Virus record (IMG/VR): IMGVR_UViG_3300010430_000003
Location: 124,001-188,000 of that record
Direction: 5' to 3' (one strand)
Length of the DNA stretch: 64,000 nt
A program made the position numbers and the translations under genes. Under the pieces are notes generated by a model, which searched no databases, was not told the DNA's origin, and saw only the letters and a list, made by a program, of their open reading frames with translations. Below, in pieces: positions 63,812-64,000 of this stretch (position 1 is its first letter; each line of letters opens with the position of its first letter).

Positions 63812-64000
63812 GCATGCTATAAATAACGTATTACAGATTTTCACGACAAATCAGGAAGGTGTTGTTGCAATGACAACTTTTGATGGTGGAGAAACTTCTG
63901 AAGAATTCATGAAGAATTATGATTATTCTCTCAAGAAACTTATTACGGTTGGAGAATTTGAAGTTTTAAAAGAAAACAAAGAAACATATTTACCACACGC
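63804..64000 (+). CDS. partial hypothetical protein running off the window
   Basis: open frame from ATG 63804 (MSEHAINNVLQIF...). Confidence 0.45.
   Translation, partial: MSEHAINNVLQIFTTNQEGVVAMTTFDGGETSEEFMKNYDYSLKKLITVGEFEVLKENKETYLPH

Overview
AT-rich, gene-dense segment of what is most likely a large (jumbo, T4-like) bacteriophage genome. Genes run on + from 1 to ~25.9 kb, on - from ~26.1 to ~43.8 kb (converging at a GC-rich island with G-tract repeats), then mostly + again through very large acidic putative virion proteins, PIN-PhoH, a PD-(D/E)xK nuclease and two glycosyltransferases. Recognisable genes include a Dam-type methyltransferase, SDR, DHQ-synthase-like cyclase, metallophosphoesterase, UvrD helicase, an RpoH-like sigma factor, AAA ATPase and trypsin-like protease, plus five scattered tRNAs. 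The dominant unexplained feature is a family of roughly 70 (manual count) ~55-100 aa ORFs sharing only an N-terminal M-N-(x)-I-N-x-x-I-A-x-x-(F/Y/hydrophobic) motif followed by a hypervariable aromatic/basic body. They are interleaved singly between ordinary genes and also form a ~28-member overlapping tandem array at 19.2-24.9 kb. A second standout is an operon (promoter, conserved 246-aa gene, two circularly permuted tRNA-like RNAs of YrlA Y-RNA type, and an anticodon-truncated tRNA). Other odd RNAs include a 6S-like RNA, a long-variable-arm CAU tRNA, a tRNA shell with an expanded anticodon domain and a three-way-junction element. All calls are from reading motifs by eye; no searches were run.
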